Of a stretch of DNA of 64,000 nt, positions 59,519 to 64,000 are shown piece by piece. Source of the DNA: an uncultured Rhodobacteraceae bacterium (GTDB taxonomy: Bacteria; Pseudomonadota; Alphaproteobacteria; Rhodobacterales; Rhodobacteraceae). The notes under the pieces are model-generated. The model saw nothing but the letters and a program-made list of their open reading frames with translations. It made no database searches and was not told the origin of the DNA. Made by a program: the position numbers and the translations under genes. Each line of letters begins with the position of its first letter. The first letter of the stretch is position 1. Location: contig CBFHND010000003.1 in assembly GCA_965657085.1 (NCBI GenBank), forward strand, positions 87,924 to 151,923, written 5' to 3'.

Positions 59519-60502
59519 ATGCACCGGATCGCTTCGCTTTTCGCGCTTTTCATGCTGCCGTCGATGCTGTGGGCGGCCTGCGCCGGCACCGACATGCGAC
59601 CCGGCCTTACACAGCCCCAATCGGATGAGCTGCAAACGCGCCTGTCGGCCACGCCCTATGCCTCCGGCAATCACTGGCTGGCAGTCAGGGGCGCACACCG
59701 CATCCACCTGATCGGGACGATCCACGTCGCCGATCCGCGCCTGCCCGCCCTCGTCGCACGCCTGACCCCGGTGATCGCGAGCGCCGACATCCTGCTGGTC
59801 GAAGCCACCAAAGCCGAAGAGGACGCGCTTCAAAACGCACTCGCCACGCGGCCCGAACTCCTGAGTCTGACGGAAGGGCCCAGCCTGATCGACCGCATGT
59901 CGCCGGAAGACTGGGCAGCACTGGCAGAAGCCGCGCAGGCCCGCGGCATCCCGCCTTTCATGGCCGCCAAAATGCAACCCTGGTATCTGTCGCTGATGCT
60001 GGGCATGCCACCTTGCCTTCTGCAGATGATGCGCACGGGCGCCGAAGGGCTCGACAAGCGGCTGCTGTCCGTTGCCGCCGATCAGGGCGTGCCAGCACGG
60101 GCCCTGGAGCCCTTCGACACGCTGTTCCGGACCTTTGCACAGGACCCGATTGAGGATCAGATCGAGATGCTGCGCCTCGGCGTACTGAGCGTTGCAGAGG
60201 CCGAAGACGCCATGCAAACCCTGACAGCGCAGTATTTTGAAGAGCATCACGGCGCGGTTATGCCGCTGGCCCGCATCACCACCCGCGCACGCATCCGGAT
60301 GGACCCCAACCGTTTCGATGAGGCCTTTGACATGTTGGAGCAGGCCTTGCTTGAAAACCGCAACCGCGCATGGATGGACACCATCCTGACTGCTTCAGGT
60401 CAAACTGTCGTGGCTGTCGGTGCGGCGCATTTGGGCGGTTCGTCCGGTCTTCTGAACCTGCTGGCGCTGGAAGGTTACGCGCTGCGCCGCCAGCCCTTCT
60501 AG
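59519..60502 (+). CDS. TraB/GumN-family protein with lipoprotein-like signal
   Basis: AAGGAGG SD. MHRIASLFALFMLPSMLWAACAG. HLIGTIHV, EDW/PWY-type middle region and C-terminal VAVGAAHLGG. Confidence 0.7.
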   Translation: MHRIASLFALFMLPSMLWAACAGTDMRPGLTQPQSDELQTRLSATPYASGNHWLAVRGAHRIHLIGTIHVADPRLPALVARLTPVIASADILLVEATKAEEDALQNALATRPELLSLTEGPSLIDRMSPEDWAALAEAAQARGIPPFMAAKMQPWYLSLMLGMPPCLLQMMRTGAEGLDKRLLSVAADQGVPARALEPFDTLFRTFAQDPIEDQIEMLRLGVLSVAEAEDAMQTLTAQYFEEHHGAVMPLARITTRARIRMDPNRFDEAFDMLEQALLENRNRAWMDTILTASGQTVVAVGAAHLGGSSGLLNLLALEGYALRRQPF

Positions 60503-61176
60503 CGGCCCAGCACCCGCTCGGACTGCATGACCGCCTCGGCCCCCTTGGGCGTCAGGCCGTAAACGCCCTTCTCGACCTTTTCGAACCACCCATAGTGGTC
60601 GTCCCGCATCATGCGCGTGGCCCGGTCCACACCGGTCTCGCGCGCGACATCCGCCCCCTTGCACGCGCCGACCTCATATAAATATAGCGCCACCTTCAAT
60701 GCGTCCTGCCGATAGGCGGTGATCAACCCGACGCGCGTCTGCCCCCCGTCATTGGGATCACCCACGCGGCGTGCAAATTCACGCAAAAGCGCGCCCTCCC
60801 GCGCCTTGGACTTGCGCGGCGCATAAGGCCCCGGATCGCAATGCACCTCGACCAGCCCGTCGCTCAGCCGCACGGTGATCAGCCCCAGACCCAGCCGTCG
60901 CGCGAGTGTGGTCATCTCTTTCACGGACTTGGCGAACCGCCGCCCCTTGCCACGCGCCACGGCCATGTACACATCGTCCGACACCCGCAGCCGCGCCACG
61001 CATTGATGCACCAGCGCCAGCGAAAACCCCAGCTTCAGCTCGACAATCACCGGTGGTTCGCCGCCCCGCACCGCGACAACGTCCGCCGCGCCCACTTCCG
61101 ATTTCACCACATACCCCTGATCCTCCAGGAACCCCTTGATCGGCGGGTAAAGATCGGTTTCTCGCAGGTCACTCAT
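60499..61176 (-). CDS. DUF2161-like protein: PD-(D/E)XK nuclease-fold N-domain + winged-helix C-domain
   Basis: D..(13)..VELK arrangement (ADVVAV...VIVELKLGF). C-terminal DVARETGVDRATRMMRDDHYGWFEKVEKGVYGLT. Family name from memory. Confidence 0.6.
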   Translation of the reverse strand: MSDLRETDLYPPIKGFLEDQGYVVKSEVGAADVVAVRGGEPPVIVELKLGFSLALVHQCVARLRVSDDVYMAVARGKGRRFAKSVKEMTTLARRLGLGLITVRLSDGLVEVHCDPGPYAPRKSKAREGALLREFARRVGDPNDGGQTRVGLITAYRQDALKVALYLYEVGACKGADVARETGVDRATRMMRDDHYGWFEKVEKGVYGLTPKGAEAVMQSERVLGR

Positions 61177-61218
61177 GCAGGTCAGCTAACACCATATCCG
61201 CCAAAGCCCCAAGCCCCT

Positions 61219-61311
61219 CTTCTTTGGGTCACAAATACTTCGGGGAGTTTGAGGGGCAGCGCCCCTCATCGAGCAAAAAGGCGTCCGCGCAGCGGTCCTT
61301 TGACCCAAGGC
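61219..61311. repeat. Intergenic repeat element, copy B (box + GC hairpin + inverted partial box)
   Basis: CTTCTTTGGGTCACAAATACTTCGGGG, then the GAGGGGCAGCGCCCCTC hairpin. TTTGACCCAAGG at 61299-61310 is an inverted copy of CTTTGGGTCA. Confidence 0.7.
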
Positions 61312-61396
61312 CCGGCAATCAAAATGCCGCAGGTGACAAGCACCCCACACCCCCCTATAACGCGCGCAAACAGACCTCAATTTCAGGATCCGCCCC

Positions 61397-62317
61397 ATGA
61401 CAACGCTTGTTTTCGGCCACAAATCCCCCGACACCGACAGCACCGGCAGCCCAATCATCTGGGCGTGGTATCTCAACCAGATCAAAGGTGTGGATGCCAA
61501 GCCCGTTCTGTTGGGAGAGCCGAACACCGAAGCGGCCTTCATGCTGGAACGCTGGAACCTCGACAAACCCGAGATCGTCTCGGACGTGGCCGCGGGCACA
61601 CCGGTGGTGATCGTCGACACCAACAACCCTGCCGAATTGCCTGCAGGCATCAATGATTGCGACATTCAGGCCATCATTGACCACCACAAACTGGTCGGCG
61701 GTCTGGAAACCGCTGGCCCCATCGACATCCGCATCGAACCTCTGGCCTGTACCGCCACCATCATGTGGAAGATGATCGGCAAGGACATCGCGCAGATGCC
61801 CGAGAACGTCAAAGGCGCGATGCTGTCGTGCATCCTGTCAGACACGCTCGAATTCCGCAGCCCGACAACCACGCAGGAAGACAAGGCCGTCGCCTTTGAT
61901 CTGGCAGAGCAGCTTGGCGTTGATGTCTCGGCCTATGCCTCTGAAATGTTCGAAGCGAAATCCGATGTCTCCGCATTCTCGGACGCGGAACTGCTGCGCA
62001 TGGACTCCAAGGAATACACCGTCGATGGCAAGGATTTCCGCGTCTCCGTTCTGGAAACCACCGCGCCCAAGCTGGTGCTGGACCGCAAGGACAGCCTGAT
62101 GGCGTCGATGACGGACGTGGCAAACGAAGACGGAGCCGACCAGGTGCTGCTGTTCGTGGTCGACATCCTGAACGAAGAGGCCACGCTGCTGGTTCCCAAC
62201 GATCTGGTGAAGACCGTGGCCGAGAAAAGCTTTGACGCAACGGTCGAGGGCGACACGGTCGTTCTGCCCGGCATCATGAGCCGCAAGAAACAGATCATTC
62301 CCAACCTCAAGGTCTGA
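61397..62317 (+). CDS. ppaC: Family II (DHH, Mn-dependent) inorganic pyrophosphatase
   Basis: GHKSPDTDS, VDTNN, IIDHHK (DHH) and a C-terminal DHHA2-type SRKKQ.IP motif. 306 aa. Confidence 0.88.
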   Translation: MTTLVFGHKSPDTDSTGSPIIWAWYLNQIKGVDAKPVLLGEPNTEAAFMLERWNLDKPEIVSDVAAGTPVVIVDTNNPAELPAGINDCDIQAIIDHHKLVGGLETAGPIDIRIEPLACTATIMWKMIGKDIAQMPENVKGAMLSCILSDTLEFRSPTTTQEDKAVAFDLAEQLGVDVSAYASEMFEAKSDVSAFSDAELLRMDSKEYTVDGKDFRVSVLETTAPKLVLDRKDSLMASMTDVANEDGADQVLLFVVDILNEEATLLVPNDLVKTVAEKSFDATVEGDTVVLPGIMSRKKQIIPNLKV

Positions 62318-62346
62318 TCCAGCCGCAGGCGCTGCGCAACAAATGT

Positions 62347-62375
62347 AAGGCGGTCCTCTGGGCCGCCTTTTTGTT
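62347..62375 (+). terminator. Rho-independent terminator after ppaC
   Basis: AAGGCGG tcctctggg CCGCCTT followed by TTTGTT. Confidence 0.65.
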
Positions 62376-62408
62376 GGCTGCTAGGGTGTGCAAAATCGCG
62401 GAGGGATC

Positions 62409-63260
62409 ATGACACCTGTTCTGTACGAAAAAGACGGCCGCATCGGGCGCATCACGCTGAACCGGCCCGAAGTGCTGAATGCCATTGATGATGATTTGCC
62501 CCGCGCCCTGCAGGCGGCGGTCGCGGCGGCGGATGCCGACCCCGAAGTGCATGTCATGGTCCTGTCGGGTGTCGGCGATGCGTTCTGCGCAGGCTATGAT
62601 CTGGCCCACTACGCCGCCGATCCGAACAACACGCTGACACAGGACATGCCCTGGGATCCGATGCAGGACTATCAGTTCATGTGGGCCAACACGCAATGTT
62701 TCATGTCGCTCTTCCGGGCGATGAAGCCGGTGATCTGCAAGGTGCACGGCTTTGCGGTGGCCGGTGGTTCGGACATCGCCCTGTGCGCAGACCTTACAAT
62801 CATGGCCGATGATGCACAGATCGGATACATGCCCGCGCGGGTCTGGGGATGTCCCACCACTGCGATGTGGGTGTACCGCGTGGGTGCCGAACAGGCCAAG
62901 CGGATGCTGTTCACCGGCGACAAGATCACCGGCACTGAGGCCGCGAAGATGGGCCTTGTGCTGAAGTCCGTGCCTGCCAGCGACCTAGATGCGGAGGTCG
63001 AGGCCCTCGCCGCACGCATGGCGACCGTCCCGGTCAATCAACTGGCGATGAACAAGATGGTCATCAACCAGACGCTCGAGGCCACGATCACCCAGACCCA
63101 GCGGCTGGCCACCGTCTTCGACGGCATCACCCGACATTCGCCCGAAGGTCTGAATTTCAAGGCGCGCAGCGAAGCGATGGGCTGGAAGCAAGCCGTGCGC
63201 GAACGCGACAGCGGCCTTTATGACTGGACCCTCGATCGCCCCATCAATGGACCCGAATGA
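62409..63260 (+). CDS. Enoyl-CoA hydratase/isomerase (crotonase) family protein
   Basis: GGAGGGA SD. ITLNRPEVLNA, FCAGYDL and HGFAVAGGSDIAL oxyanion-hole segments. Confidence 0.85.
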   Translation: MTPVLYEKDGRIGRITLNRPEVLNAIDDDLPRALQAAVAAADADPEVHVMVLSGVGDAFCAGYDLAHYAADPNNTLTQDMPWDPMQDYQFMWANTQCFMSLFRAMKPVICKVHGFAVAGGSDIALCADLTIMADDAQIGYMPARVWGCPTTAMWVYRVGAEQAKRMLFTGDKITGTEAAKMGLVLKSVPASDLDAEVEALAARMATVPVNQLAMNKMVINQTLEATITQTQRLATVFDGITRHSPEGLNFKARSEAMGWKQAVRERDSGLYDWTLDRPINGPE

Positions 63261-63377
63261 CGGGCCGTGCAGCCAAAAAGCGCCACCGCCTGGCGCATCG
63301 AAAACGGCTAATTGCTTGTCGCCTGAGGCAATCCATGACAAATGTTAGCGCAAACATCGCCTGAAGGACCCTACTCC

Positions 63378-64000
63378 ATGACGCAAATCATCACGTCCCT
63401 GTCCGAGATTTCGGATCGCTACGACGCCCTGTTCGTTGACCTGTGGGGATGCGTCCACAATGGCGTGCGTGCCTTTGACGAGGCCGTGGCCGCCCTGCAG
63501 GCCTATCGCGCCACTGGAGGGGCCGTTGTTCTGGTCACAAATGCACCGCGGCCCCGTGCCGGGGTAGAGCCGCAGTTGGAACAGTTCGGCGTGCCGCGTG
63601 ATGCCTATGACACCATCGCCACCTCTGGCGACAGCGCCCGGTCGGCCATGTTCCGTGGTGCGGTTGGATCGAAGGTCTATTTCATCGGTGAAGAACGCGA
63701 CCACACGTTTTTCGACCCCATTGGCGTGGTCAAGGACCCCGTGGAGATCATCAAGGTTCCTTTGGAAGAGGCCGAAGGCATCGTGTGCACAGGGGCTTTT
63801 GACGCAACAGCCGACCCCGATGTGATGCGCCCGCAATTCCTTTATGCCAAACAGAAGGGCCTCAAGCTGCTTTGCGCCAATCCGGACATCGTGGTGGATC
63901 GGGGCCACACCCGTGAATGGTGTGCCGGTGCATTGGCGCAGCTTTATACCGAAATGGGCGGAGAAAGCCTTTACTTCGGAAAGCCCCATCCGCCGATCTA
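63378..64000 (+). CDS. HAD-superfamily hydrolase, subfamily IIA (TIGR01459-like); 3' end beyond the window
   Basis: Not in the ORF track because it has no stop in the window. GAAGGA SD, then ATG 63378 gives MTQIITSLSEISDRYDALFVDLWGCVHNG...VVLVTNAPR...CANPD. The 214-aa minus-strand ORF here is its shadow. Confidence 0.75.
   Translation, partial: MTQIITSLSEISDRYDALFVDLWGCVHNGVRAFDEAVAALQAYRATGGAVVLVTNAPRPRAGVEPQLEQFGVPRDAYDTIATSGDSARSAMFRGAVGSKVYFIGEERDHTFFDPIGVVKDPVEIIKVPLEEAEGIVCTGAFDATADPDVMRPQFLYAKQKGLKLLCANPDIVVDRGHTREWCAGALAQLYTEMGGESLYFGKPHPPI

Noticed and set aside
63345-63989. 214-aa minus-strand ORF at the window end
   Set aside because: The plus strand encodes a clear HAD-IIA hydrolase N-terminus (DLWGCVHNG, VTNAPR) starting at 63378 with an SD. 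The minus ORF is its shadow.

Overview
This is a GC-rich, very gene-dense chromosomal segment. From its protein signatures (Hint-domain protein, DHPS/sulfolactate genes, GroESL with a CIRCE operator) I infer a Rhodobacteraceae (roseobacter-group) alphaproteobacterium. I call 67 protein-coding genes plus one pseudogene. I saw no rRNA, tRNA, CRISPR array, transposase, integrase or phage structural genes. Most of the window is core metabolism and housekeeping: prpE (5' truncated), nadK, glyA, cfa, carB, tdk, proC, lgt, pgeF, trxB, fused ATP sulfurylase/APS kinase, purEK, groESL, family II pyrophosphatase, and a HAD hydrolase running off the 3' edge.

The clearest functional island is 16340-27403. 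It reads as a 2,3-dihydroxypropane-1-sulfonate (DHPS) to sulfoacetaldehyde catabolic locus: IclR regulator, GMC flavoprotein (SlcD-like), TerC-family membrane protein, TRAP transporter with a fused QM permease, HisD-like HpsN, SDR HpsO, Zn-ADH HpsP and sulfopyruvate decarboxylase ComDE.

I found no unambiguous novel multi-gene system such as a defence island. The candidates most worth follow-up are:
- a translationally coupled operon of two paralogous secreted Cys-motif proteins plus an SCO copper chaperone (3211-4813);
- a membrane / 2Fe-2S ferredoxin / class III cyclase fusion directly upstream of a cytochrome P450 (42018-45077);
- an AT-rich islet after carB with two tiny ORFs, an anti-SD hairpin and a strong terminator (15517-16340);
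- a MepA-like peptidase gene broken by two in-frame TAG codons (31196-31957);
- a sigma32-type promoter heading five tightly packed genes (48119-51416);
- an orphan arsH coupled to a phage-CII-like regulator (28671-29835);
- a repeated REP/MITE-like intergenic element (53366 and 61219).

Start codons were refined by eye from the ORF track using SD spacing and family-typical N-termini, so they can be off by some codons. Family names come from motif recognition and memory, not database searches.
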